A DNA stretch of 60,816 nt, counting the filler, from Sphacelaria rigidula (taxonomy: Eukaryota), in NCBI GenBank assembly GCA_964200075.2. It is 6 parts of 6 records of this genome, joined end to end, with 100 filler letters (N's around TTAATTAATTAA, not from the genome) between each part and the next. Parts side by side here need not be neighbours in the genome. Positions count along the whole stretch, not along the records: positions 30,462 to 40,514 come from CAXNAA020007244.1; positions 40,615 to 50,666 come from CAXNAA020007245.1; 4 more parts are not named here. One strand, given 5' to 3'. The notes under the pieces were generated by a model. It searched no databases, was not told the DNA's origin, and worked only from the letters and a program-made list of their open reading frames with translations. A program made the position numbers and the translations under genes. The first letter of the stretch is position 1. Each line of letters starts with the position of its first letter. This document shows, piece by piece, positions 33,646 to 45,044 of this stretch.

Positions 33646-35519
33646 GTGAGTCTTCTACTTCAGTGAAAGCAACGCGTTATTTTCATGTGGATGGTATCTG
33701 ATTCTTGTAGCCAAGTCAGGGGTGGTGCCTGTACTCGCGCTGTTATCTGTACAGCAGCACTATACCGTATTCGGCGACTGTACCGCCTTGTAACGAGTCT
33801 CAAGCTGCTGAACGCTCGGAGCCAAGAGGCTCCAAATACCATCGAGTCCCATGGCGTGTGCTCGTGTATCTGCCGTGTTGGCTATGCTGGTTCATGCCAA
33901 AGCCGACTAATCTGTACGTGTTGTACTGCACGATACAGTGTAGGAAAACCCGATCAAACTCTCGAAGAACTTTCTCGAGACCAACTTGGTATTTACCTCT
34001 GGCCATTCAAGGCCGTCTCGCATCTACAGTCGCTCTCACATGATAGTCGCGAGACATACCACGGTTCGGCATTGGTGATCGATGTGCTGTACGTGTGGGG
34101 AGCGCAGCTATGCTCCATTGTGTACCACAGTAAGAAACCTTGGACGGACCTCGATTTCAGAGTAGTTTACTACACCCCATCGGACCTTTCCGGACCTGCC
34201 TGCAGTTAGCGTTGAAGTTTGAGTAATATGCTGCCAGTCTATCATGACCTATTTATTGTTTGGTTGGCAAATCTGTCACACTTATCGGGAAGCTTTTTTT
34301 CGTACAAGTCCGAAGAATCTGGAGAAGAAATAGCCCCGTTAATTCAATCACCAACCCTTGGAAAATAATGCCAAGTAAATGAGGCTGAGGCCGTGTCTCA
34401 TCAAAACGTCTTGACCCGAAAACACACGATGGAATCGAATTTGTTCGTATTTGATACATCGACGGCATTCGACAGCGTTTCCGTAAGATTGAGAGTAGAG
34501 GATACGACCGAGAGTGGGAAGCGGTCAAGGAGTGAATGAATCGTTTCAGTTCCTCAATGCCCCTCCCCGAGACCCAACATGCCTTCCGTAGTAGCTTGCC
34601 ACTGAGGCCCTTGATATCCCCGAGAAGGATATCGACGTGTACAGTAGCTCAAAGCACACGCCAGTAATGGAGACAAGGAAAAGCACACATAAAATATAAA
34701 ATTGGCACGTTACAGCGAATTACTAAAGCCACTCTCAGTCGGCGCTCTACTTTCAATCTCACGAAAACGTTGTTCATGTTCTCAACCATCTGGCGGAATA
34801 GCGTGGACAAATAAGAATCAAGCGAACTCGATACGACCGCGCGTTTTCGACACGAGAACGATTTGATTTTCAAGACACGGCCTGAGACCGCCACTTGGGA
34901 TGAGAATAGGGTGACATGGATCCTGAACTGAGCTGTCCATAATAACTTACGTGCTCGACAGTAGTGGCGACAAAATAAGGAAGTGGGCCTGGAGCAAATG
35001 TCGTACACGTCGGACAGCGTATGAGCTACCTGAACATTACTTCTTATTAGTGTACTGATCCCGATCATGAGCTAGATATTGGACCCATTTTCTTCACGTT
35101 TTCTCCGTGCAGCGGTGGACGCCGCGCACACGGAGTTGCGCAAAGGTAGCGCTTTGGCTCCTCGGACCCCCCTGTCGCGCAGCCTGACTTACATGCGCAA
35201 CTTGCGGGGACAGCGTTGTCCGTCTGAAGTGAGGCGGATACTTTCGTGACACACCTAACCATCTCTCAATAGGGGTGTTGGTGGATACGCACATGTGGTG
35301 AAGCTGTGTTTCTCATGCACCCTCGAGTCGAGGTCAATTACATCATGGGACAGCACTCCCCCCTCGTTCTCGATGTAAAAAAGAATTCCCTACACAGTAT
35401 AATGGTAGTACAGTACGAACAGCATGTAATGTTTGTGGGATGTGCCTGACGGCGGAGTTGATTCCTGCAGTTTTTTCTTAAGGTCGTGCCTCAGCTGCGT
35501 CGTGTATGCTTGTTCGCAG

Positions 35520-35610
35520 TACATACCCTGTGGAGTGGACGGGTGCCTCGGCGGACGCGCGATTCGAGATTGACCTGACCTACTGCGGCTCCTACTCGTT
35601 CTGTTTTGAT
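35520..35610 (+). CDS. Same gene, exon 2
   Basis: CAG|T ACA TAC..., phase-compatible: TYPVEWTGASADARFEIDLTYCGSYSFCFD|GTGAGT. Confidence 0.85.
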
Positions 35611-35957
35611 GTGAGTACAGTACAGTGCTTTCGAAATATCGTGCCGTGATCGCTCATGTACTCCTTCTCCCATCTTCAGCTGCAACGCAGTCGTGTTGGT
35701 CACACGATCGAGGGACGCGATCCGACCGCTGCAGACGCCCGGAACCGTACACATCATGTGGCACTCCGCCATCACCCGGCCGTCCCCCTCCCCCACCCGC
35801 CTTGCTCCACACCTAAAAGCCGAATGAGGCTGATTCACGTCGTTGGTTCCACTTTGTAATTTCGAATCAAAATGCATGTATGATGGACCGGTTGGTCGAA
35901 CATAAACCGGATACTGCTTTTGTCGCTTCCATGGACGCCGTCCCTGCCTGTGCCCAG

Positions 35958-36266
35958 GACAACTGCGGCTTTCTCTTGGAAAGCTTGTGCCCAGATGAGG
36001 AGGCAGGATGCACCCAGGACGCGGATGGTGGCTACGACGTGATGATGCCAGAGCCGCTGGGAGGAGAGTCGGGCGGTGGCTACAGGGTGCGAATCGCGGA
36101 AATCGGGGGCGGCGTGGATTCGGTTCGATGCTCAGACGACTTTTTCTTGATGGCATCCACGGATGTTCCGATGACCGGCCAAGTGGGCGGGCCTGGGCCT
36201 AGCTTGGCTGTGACATCTCCAACGGCGGACTCAGTGGCACTGTCCGGGGAGGAGTACACTGTCGAG
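35958..36266 (+). CDS. Same gene, exon 3
   Basis: CAG|DNCGFLLESLCPDEEAGCTQDADGGYDVMMPEP...GYRVRIAE...RCSDDFFL...SLAVTSPTADSVALSGEEYTVE|GTGGGC, 309 nt. Confidence 0.85.
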
Positions 36267-36974
36267 GTGGGCAATTTTCGAGAAGTCAAAAGCAAAGCCA
36301 TTAGACCACCACCTGAGACCAGAGACAAAATCCCAAGGTAACACTGCGAGTCGTCTCTCCTAAGCCACAGACTACGGAGTACCGTTTCACCTGTCTTCCA
36401 TTTGCATCCGGGCTAGAAATTCTGGTGAGGAGCGTGGGCAGGGAACATCTATTTTCACATGGGAATCATGCCACGGTAGGGGTTGCACATTTGGGCCCAC
36501 ACATTCTCATTTCGAGGCTCGTACAGTGTGAAAATACACAAATTCCGATATTCTTGCGAGACGTCCCCGGCACATTGGAGTGCTGATGGCGGCGTGTTGT
36601 CATATTTTGCTTGAGTCTATTTTATGGACGAGATAAAGGGCTCCTTCAAATTGGAACCTTAGAAATATTATGTGCGCCCCTATCGTGGCATTACTCATGG
36701 GGATTATTCTATTAATAATGTAGAAACATGTCTAGCCCAGAGTGAATTCTACACATTTCCAGAGTAGCTGTCGGTGAATGCATGTAGCGTGATAATATGT
36801 CATGGTCTGGGCTTTCCGTGTAAGATTACGCAACACCGCGGCGAAGTATGTACACATATTGCTGGTCCAGTCTCCCTTGACCGTGTCTTTCCTTGCGTGT
36901 TTCCCGATACCGTTGATGAACGACTCCCTCCCCTCCCCTCCCATCCCATCCCTCGGCTGTGCGCTGCGGTTCAG

Positions 36975-37110
36975 TTTGACTATGACAACGGGTTCGGCGG
37001 TACGGTTGGACGCTTCAAGATTGACCTGTACGCCAGCGGCGGGAACGGCGATTGCGGAGATTGGGTTGGTTCTGTGTGCGACAAACCAGACAAGGGCTGC
37101 AAAGATTCGA
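36975..37110 (+). CDS. Same gene, exon 4
   Basis: CAG|FDYDNGFGGTVGRFKIDLYASGGNGDCGDWVGSVCDKPDKGCKDS-A|GTGAGT. Confidence 0.85.
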
Positions 37111-37587
37111 GTGAGTAGCAAACATCGTGGTGCCCTTGTTCTGCTTTATACAAACAAAATGATGACGCAGACCGGAGCATGATGTTCTTTGAGTCCGATA
37201 CTGTAACACGTTGCAGGGCGAATGCATGTCAGATGGGATGAGGCGCAACTGGGGCGATGCCGGAAGCTACCGCTACCTCTAACCGAAGTCTGCACGTGGA
37301 GCACACGCATATGAAATGAGGAAAATAGGTACCACGGTAGACTAACCCAGTCGTGATCGGCACATAGGGGCATTTGAAACGCCGTTCCTGTCGTGATTAA
37401 AGGATGCGACAAGGAATCAACAATCGTGGCTTGCTTCTACAGTCGACCAATGCCACTGCTAGGAGCACTAACCACCTGTGACCAGTGTTGTGAAATGCAG
37501 CACGTGCTGAGCGCCTCTACTCCCGATTGCCCCCGTCGCTCCGTCACCCGTTTCCCGTGTCGCTCCTTTCGCTTGTCTTCCGAGTAG

Positions 37588-37748
37588 CCGGCAACTACGA
37601 CATCGTGATGCCGACCGTGGAGCAAGCTGGCATGTACAGTATTCGCGTGGGTGTGTTCGGCGATGACTCCGTTTACGCTTGCTCTGAGGAGTTCGAAGTG
37701 TTCCCTTCGAGCAATAGCATGCCGTCATCGAGCGGTGTGGGGTGGTAA
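37588..37748 (+). CDS. Same gene, exon 5 (terminal)
   Basis: TAG|CC GGC AAC...: GNYDIVMPTVEQAGMYSIRVGVFGDDSVYACSEEFEVFPSSNSMPSSSGVGW*. The spliced CDS is 819 nt, or 272 aa plus stop. Confidence 0.85.
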
Positions 37749-37919
37749 GATTTTGTACTGAATCAGTGGTATGACGGTACCCCAACCTTGTTGACGGTGA
37801 CCGTTGGTCGTCTGGGGCGAGAGCGCCTACCTAGTGCCATCGGTGGATCTTGAGGACTGGAACAACACATTCTGTGCTCAATGAGTGCTAGCCAGCATTG
37901 TTTGCGTCGTTTCTGCGTG

Positions 37920-38256
37920 TGCTTGTTTTCCGAGCAGCCATCAACGATGACATCGCGATGCCGACCATAGGGTAAGCTGGCATGTACAGGATTTGCATGG
38001 GTGTCCAGCGATGGCTCTCCTGTCGTTCGCTGTGAGGTGTTGGACTTGTTGCCTTCGCTAACCATCGAGCGACGTCAGTAGGGCGACGATATTGCTGTCT
38101 TTGTGTTGGTTGTTTTTTGTGTTTTGAGTCAGTGAGAGCGCGGTTCGTCTACCTTGTTGACGGCGACCGTTGATCCTCTGGGGCGAGAGCACCTACCTAG
38201 TCGTGCAGGTGGAGTCTGTGGACCGGTACTACACCTGTGGTAGATGAGTGCTAGCA
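37920..38256 (+). pseudogene. Degenerate tandem duplicate of exon 5 and the 3' region
   Basis: GCTTGTTTTCCGAGCAGCCATCAACGATGACATCGCGATGCCGACC...AAGCTGGCATGTACAG mirrors 37571-37640. CCTTGTTGACGG..ACCGTTG..CTGGGGCGAGAGC..CTACCTAGT is repeated from 37786-37836. Confidence 0.75.
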
Positions 38257-38737
38257 TGTGTGGGTAGGTTATATCGGTATCCGCGGGATTGCGTTCGCTG
38301 TGGTTCGCGCTGGTGTAGCAGTGCGCATGAACGGAACGCACTACACCACGCGTAACAGTCCCGCTTTATTTGGCGTGGATGTGTTGTGGTCCGCGGAAAT
38401 TCACTACGGTGAGGAAGTGATGTGTAGTGTTTTTGGTGTGTGTATGCTGTCCTGATACTGGGGTCACAAAGGGTTGTGCTGTTGGTGTGCGTACATGTGG
38501 TAAAAGCCCTTGGGCGTTGATGGTTTAATGACGGGAAACTCTTGGGTTTTCAAGGGAGGGAGGGTAAGGTTTTCATGTAGAAATTGCCAGATGTATGTGG
38601 AGTTCCGTATCCGGAGTGGTTTAACGAGTTAATTAATGAAGAACGGTTTTGGATTGATTCAAGACGTCTCGTCACCTGCCGGTGCAAAAGAGCATTGCTG
38701 CAAGTCTTGTGGAGATCACTGTTGTGCTGGCCACAAA

Positions 38738-39298
38738 CAAGGATGTCAGTTGACGTCAAGACATCAAGCCTGTCTGTCAAGGCGTTTGGCGTCAAGATGA
38801 AACATCCCCCGTCCCCGGGGTGAACGACGCCTACCCATGTCTGTAGGAATCCTTATTTTCCCTTCCACACCAAGGATGGCGGGCTGAGTCGGGAAAGTGA
38901 ACATTTTTTTGCGTGCTGGGGAATTTTTATGTCTCACGAATGGCCCGGCTCATCGGGATGAAAACATACGTGCACGGGCTAATGAATCGAATATGCGAAA
39001 AATTGGAAGTGCGATTTCGTTTATGAGACCTGGACCTTAGACAGGGCGGACTTTGTTTTCAAATCCAGCAAACGCACATTCAGATACGACTGCTGTAATG
39101 CTGGTGTATGCCGAAAAATAGCGTGCATCATGCATACAACTCCCGAAACGATATTGATACTGGTCGAAGAACAAGATGTACCGCATTCGCTCGGAAAACA
39201 TGGCCGACAAAAATTGGCGTTTGGGTTTCAGCTATATGATCAGGCGTTACCCTATCAAGGCTGTCAGGGGGTTCAAGGCCTGTCAACCGACATTCGTG
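38738..39298. mobile_element. hAT-like MITE, family C, copy 2 (inverted relative to copy 1, with an internal insertion)
   Basis: Reverse complement of 31761-32229 (CAAGGATGTCAGTTG ... CAACCGACATTCGTG) with extra sequence at about 38880-39035. Confidence 0.8.
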
Positions 39299-39599
39299 CG
39301 CGACAAGCACGCGGTGAAAGAACCTCAGCTGTAGTGTTGCAAATGGTCACTGACCTGTGCGGTCGAGGATTCTGGCATTTGACATGCCAGGTGCATTATC
39401 TTACCCACTATCGTCTTAGAAGCGGGGGATACAGCGGTGTTCAGCGCGATCCTAACACCTCGTTGCACCGGGCGTGATGACAACATAAGACGTGAATGAA
39501 GACACGCTGGTTTCCATGAGCACCCGTCTCGAGTTGTTCTCTTGTGTAGATATGTCTTCGAGAGAGCAAGGCGGGGAGTTTAGTCAACATGACACAATA

Positions 39600-39990
39600 A
39601 CAAGGGTAGATCGAGTGGAGTATACTCAGTACTCAGTACTTTTGAAGAGTCATACTTTCAGTACCCAAATGTGAGAAGGGTATTCGAGGTCGTACTCAAC
39701 CTGCTCAATTATTCGAGTAGAGAATTTGAGATCATGCTCAGTCTACTCAAACGTTGAGGAGAGTATTGAGGTCATACTCAAACGATACTCTAGACTCAAG
39801 TATTATTGCCGAAAGTGCTTACTCAAAATAGGAGTAGAGTATTTGAGACCGTACTCAACATACGCAAAATTTGAGTAGAGTATTTGGGGCCATACTCGAC
39901 CTACTCGAAATTTGGGTAGAGTATTGGAGGCCGTACTCGACCTAATCAAAATTTGAGTAGAGTATCCGAGGACTGATCTGATGTACCGAA
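39600..39990. repeat. GAGTA/TACTC-rich minisatellite-like array, about 38-40-bp unit
   Basis: Recurrent GAGTAGAGTATTTGAG(G/A)CCGTACTC(A/G)AC units; a partial copy lies at 40365-40440. Confidence 0.7.
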
Positions 39991-40514
39991 AACCTATAAC
40001 TTCAACGAACTTCAATATTAAAGTTCGTACGCAAGATACTAAAACTCGGGTAGGGGGGCATATCGAGGTATTTTAATAGAGTTGCTCACCTATGATGAGT
40101 GTTGATTCAAGATCAAACTTCAGCAAACATACGGATCAGAACCAAACGGTACGGAAGTAGGGTAGAATGAATGTTGAGGTATTGTCGAAGGACCCTGCAC
40201 GGTTTTTTTTTGGTTTATGGCCATCGTTCGCCCATACTCCTCGTTGTTGGCTGTGATGTAACGCCACCCGCATATAGTTGATTGCCATCATTCGCCCATA
40301 TATTCAACATAGTCCATGAAGTGACGTCACGAAGTCGCCGATTGTCAGGGATACTCACCATACCCAAGGGGTAGTCTACACTCAAGCATTACTGAAAGTG
40401 CTTACTCAATATTTGAGTAGGGTAATATTTGAGGTCGAATTCGATCTAACAGCCTGGATTCGTTATTGAGGTTCAACATTTTAATGAGTTTCAACTCGAA
40501 AACAGTGCTTTCCC

Positions 40515-40614
40515 NNNNNNNNNNNNNNNNNNNNNNNNNNNNNNNNNNNNNNNNNNNNTTAATTAATTAANNNNNNNNNNNNNNNNNNNNNNNNNNNNNN
40601 NNNNNNNNNNNNNN
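40515..40614. other. Artificial contig linker
   Basis: 100-bp N/TTAATTAATTAA/N. Confidence 0.98.
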
Positions 40615-41984
40615 CTTGCCGTTGTCTTCTGTCCGTCCCCCCGCAATCCGTTGAGGGGGGGGGCGGGGGGGGGGGGAGAGGCTTCGTGCGCGAAGGGGCC
40701 AGTCACTTCAAAACGTCGCAATGTCGATAGAGTGTTGGCTGCATTGTCCATTCGAACACTGTTGGGGCCATCATAAAATGCGCGTATTCAAAACCACTTG
40801 ACGTCGGTGTCACCCGTATAGGACTCTTCATGATAGGTGTGTGAGGCCGTGTAACGCACTCCTGATCCCTTTCTTTTCGCGTAATCTACACCCTTTCCAT
40901 TATAGAAGGAGGCGTAGGCAGGATGAAGTGCGAGAGTAGTCAAACGAATCCAAATCGCAGTCTCGTGGGGGAGGGGTCGGCGAAGTCACGGTAGAGTTTG
41001 TGCGTAAAAACTCCACCTCTCTGCCCTGCCGGAGGGTCACTCAACATGCACTATTCATAAACATATTTCAACCTGGAACGATGCAGCAGCAATCGCATGC
41101 ATGTACTGCACTAGAACGCATAAGCTTCTCGCTTATGCCATACATCCAGTACCGTGACATCATCCACGCTAGTCATCCCACGAGACAGAGCGACGAAGAA
41201 GGATCCTGACTCGTTTCACCTCTTTCGTACCTATCCCTCACTCCTGTGGAGGGGGCGGCACAGCGAGAGCGCTCTTGATTTACCGCTGGAATCCGTCCAT
41301 GATGCTCATACCGAAACGAAATAATTCTACAGCGTTTGGGGTGTAGACGTTGGAGATGCTCATGGAGCCAAAATCCAACGACTGGACGACCGGCTGGATG
41401 ATAACACGCCCAGATATTACAAAACCTTGCACGCAGAGTACGAAGTGTATAAAATCTTGACCCCGACAACCAACGAAATAGCACGACGGTCATGGTTCAC
41501 GACGTGCCCCGAGACTCGTTGTGATGCTCCAACAGGTGTGTCGTATGTCATGCCAGAGAACTGATTTCCATCGCCGCTGCTACGTATCATTTGTATCGGG
41601 AGATGTGGGTTGTGAGGGTATGGGCTATGGCCCGGAGGCATGAAGACACAGAAAAGACGGAAAAGACGGCACATCGACCGATGGGCATTTTGAAAACGAT
41701 CTATTCGAAGAGTAGGATCCACATTCCTTTATGAAGCGGCTTGAAGATCTACATCCCCAAGGGGAATTGAAGAAGAGGCACGAAACACGATACGTACGAG
41801 GGGGTCAAGGAGTACCTCCTCACAACGCCAAAGGAGACTGAAAAGTGGTACGAGTAAAGCACGCGACAGTAGTGGCACCGATTCTCAGTACTGCACGCAG
41901 TGGGGTAGGCTATGACTGTGGCACTTGCAAGCCACCTGGCATGTCTACTGGTGTGGTCTCCGACAGTAAGCCAATGAACAATTG

Positions 41985-42242
41985 CAAGGGTCGGACAAAT
42001 CTGTGATTCGTCTGGAAATTACTTGGTTTTAGTCTAATTTATTCGAATCGTACGAATCAACCCCTAGGCTTTGTTTTCGGCGTTGCAACCCAGGTACACG
42101 CAGCCCAGACACGTGAAAGGGCGTAAACGTCGCGTGGGCACCCCTTGGACCAGCGGTCAACTTTTTTCTCCCTTTTTGGCAATCAGGCCGGAGAAATCGT
42201 GGATTTGATGATTCGTAGTCGTGATGATTCGTCCTAACCGCG
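41985..42242. mobile_element. hAT-like MITE, family B
   Basis: CAAGGGTCGGACAAATC...GATTCGTCCTAACCGCG with 8-bp flanks AACAATTG/AACAATTC. Confidence 0.75.
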
Positions 42243-42694
42243 AACAATTCTATTTTCAGCACGCAAAAGCAGCATGACCGATTTTCAGTATCAAGGTGGC
42301 AATGTCTCTGCGTCATGACCCGTATGCACTGATGGTTTCAGACGTGGTACTTATATATATATATATATCTGGGTGTATTCAGGGTATACTCGCTGTGTAT
42401 CCACCTCTAAAGCCACCTTCCCGTGCATCCTCCATGTCGTGTGCTCGTGCCCACCCTCCCCGCCCCCGCTCGAATAAGCTAGACGTACAAGGTTGGGATC
42501 GGTTTTCTTTTCGGTAAGCTTAATGTTTTCTACAAAACGGAAAGCTCTCCCCTTTGTTGTGACGTAGTTCCGTCTGTCCTCTTCACTCCAATCAGAGAGA
42601 AGGTTGACCCGAAGTAGTGATATCTCGCGTCGTGTCTGTTCGCTCTTGTACCCTGCCCAAACATTCTCTGCCATGTGTGGCGCACCCCTCCCAG

Positions 42695-42940
42695 GAAGGA
42701 ACAACAACCATCGACCTTATACAGACCATCGTGGACAGGCCTGCGCCGAAGCTAGACGCCACGCGGTTCTCGCCGAGCTTCTGTCGTTTCGTGGAGTCAT
42801 GCCTGCACAGCGATCCTTCTGATCGCCTCCCGGCTGAGGCGTTGCTTCGGTCGCCTTGGCTGAATGTTAGCGGAGCACTGAATCTAGCTTCCGCCACCAC
42901 CAACGTGAAATCCTGGATAAACGAGATGTTGGAAAAGTAA
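42695..42940 (+). CDS. Terminal exon of a Ser/Thr protein kinase, MAP2K/STE7-like (partial gene)
   Basis: CAG|EGTTTIDLIQTIVDRPAPKLDATRFSPSFCRFVESCLHSDPSDRLPAEALLRSPWL...*, matching kinase subdomains X-XI (FS..F..FV..CL..DP..R..A..LL..PW). No upstream exons were recognised on this contig. Confidence 0.8.
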   Translation, partial: EGTTTIDLIQTIVDRPAPKLDATRFSPSFCRFVESCLHSDPSDRLPAEALLRSPWLNVSGALNLASATTNVKSWINEMLEK

Positions 42941-43434
42941 TTGGGCGGACAAAAGACAGACCGTGTCGCTTCTTCATTGCTATAAGCGAGGTTTGATTCC
43001 GTGAGTTCAGTTACAGTGTAAAAAATGCTACAATTCTTGTGCGTCACTCGGGAGTTATTACGTCTTTGTGGTCTATTGGCAATTAAGGATTCTCACATGG
43101 AAGATGCAGGATGGTCTGTGAATATCGTAGACATAGTTCAGTTACCGTCCTAGGCTAAGGAAATGGAACTGCCAGATAACCTCCAAGTGTCGTTTATCCG
43201 GTACTACTCTTCCGATAAATGTCGCTCACCTGCGTCCATGTGCTGAGTAGGCAGTGTACCTGGGCAGTATTTTTTGTCAAAGAACATGGGTAGGAAAAAC
43301 TCACATACGCAGCTTTCTGACATGGCGACCTGAGCACTGCCAGAACAGTAGTACTGTAGTCGAATATCGCAGGACAATTGTACAGCCTACACGCAGGTGG
43401 CGTCTTTAGGTCATAAGTTTCTACACTGAGACAG

Positions 43435-43623
43435 AGGATTTCAAACGCAAGAATTGTTTTCTTCGTGGTCGATTCTTATGAGAAACACTTCGCGTCACTA
43501 ATCAACGAATCCGAGTAATGAACGTGCGTGCTTTCACAGCCTCCAACGTTGGTTGATTAGTGACGCGAACTGTTTCGCATAAGAATCGACCACGAAGAAA
43601 ATAGTTCTTCCGTTTGAAATCCT
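43435..43623. mobile_element. MITE with about 72-bp TIRs
   Basis: AGGATTTCAAACG...TTCTTCGTGGTCGATTCTTATG...CGCGTCACTAATCAAC / GTTGATTAGTGACGCG...CATAAGAATCGACCACGAAGAA...CGTTTGAAATCCT. Confidence 0.85.
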
Positions 43624-43669
43624 GACTCTGAATCTGAAACTTCACTCCGAATCTCACGAGTATAGTGTT

Positions 43670-44360
43670 ATTGTGGGGTCAAGCTCCAGAAACGGGGCGA
43701 CCCGGTCCAACCGAACATTGATCGAGAGTCCACTCCTAGGATCTTGTCGATCAGGTGAAAGCATTCATGGGCTTGATCTGCGGTCACGCGAACATTTCGG
43801 GAAACGCTTGTTACGTCGGCTTTTGGCAGGAGGATTGATTTATTGTGGATTTTCTATCTGATTCGCGGAATTTCTTGTAGCGGCTGAGGTAGTGCCTCGC
43901 CGCAGAGGAAGCCTGGAATTCCTTCGAGACTTGAGTCGCCGTTAAGTCCTCCTTTGGTGCCTGGCGGGCTCCCGGTGTCGAAAGAGAACTCGTGTACGAT
44001 CTGAACCTTGCGAGTTACTACGGGCTCAGTGGAGCTACTCGCAGATCGTTACTTCCTTTCGCTGCCGATCTGTTGAAAACCAGACACTTATTTCTCCTCA
44101 CATCTCCCACCAAATTAATCCAGACGTGTGGGAGGTGATCGCGAACACTGCTGTGGTTGCTATGCACCAGCGCTTTGGTTAGGCCAGGAGTCGCGGCTGT
44201 CGTGTCTGCCGGTACCCCGTACTCTAGTATGTTCATCAGTTTTTTTCTGTCTCTGGGAAACCTTCGACTTCCCTGAAGTAGTGGTGGACATCGCAGCAGT
44301 TCATCGGCGGTGACACCCAAGTGCCGACGAGCCTTCCGCTACGTCTCCAAGGTTCCCGTT
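43670..44360 (-). mobile_element. Decayed reverse transcriptase of a DIRS/Ngaro-like (tyrosine-recombinase class) retrotransposon
   Basis: Across frameshifts: NHSSVRDH..., LRVAPL..VVTRKVQIVHEFSF..KGGLNGD..., ILLPKADVTSVSRNVRVTADQAH...DSRSMFGWTGSPRFW, resembling the KADVxDAFRNVRV...FGWxGSPGFW RT motifs. Confidence 0.65.
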
Positions 44361-44485
44361 GCGTAGTCGCATTGATTCAGCACATACATGTCATAGTAGT
44401 GCCCGCGATTATTAGTTTTGTTTTTGATAACTCTTGCGGTGTCACGATTCTTTTTCCTCCTTGGTTTCCCAATGTTTTTTCAGTC

Positions 44486-45044
44486 TGTGACGATTTATAG
44501 GCAACCGATTTGACTACCGTGCAGTCAGCGCTGACCGTACGGTAGTCTAATCGGTTGCCTATAAATCGTCGCAAAAGTTAGTCGCTGGTTCGATTCCCGT
44601 CGGACGCACCTTCTTGGAAGAAAAAGAGGAAAACCCTACTTCCGGTAAAAAAAGAGGGTGATGGGGGAGAGTCCAATTCCCGAGTCGACTGCTAGGGACC
44701 CCAGTGCACACACTCTGGAAACAAGTGGGGGAGAGGAGTAACTCCGAATGGATACGTGTGGCAACATTAGACCGGTACCGTGCGCGCGAACAGTTGAACA
44801 GCGCTGGCAAGGGGAGTCGCCCTCCTCGGAGTGAAAGTGACGGGGATCAAACCCCCACGACTAAAGTTTGTGACGATTTATAGGCAACCGATTAGACTAC
44901 CGTACAGTCAGCGCGGGAAAGTGCGTCCGACGGGAATCGAACCAACGATTGACTTCTGTGACGATTTACAGGCAACCGATTAGACTACCGTACAGTCAGC
45001 GCTGACTGCACGGTTGTCTAATCGGTTGCCTATAAATCGTCACA
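44486..45044. mobile_element. 559-bp non-autonomous TIR element with tRNA-like hairpin TIRs
   Basis: TGTGACG...CGTCACA termini, 124-bp TIRs (44486-44609 and 44921-45044), TSD AGTC/AGTC. A box TAGTCTAATCGG (44543) and B box GGTTCGATTCC (44587) lie inside the TIR. Confidence 0.88.

Noticed and set aside
39600-39990. CRISPR-like repeat-spacer array
   Set aside because: Units are degenerate with no unique spacers, no cas genes are present, and the context is eukaryotic.
44535-44612. Functional tRNA gene
   Set aside because: The acceptor and T stems have mismatches, I could not fold a convincing anticodon arm, and the unit is part of a TIR.
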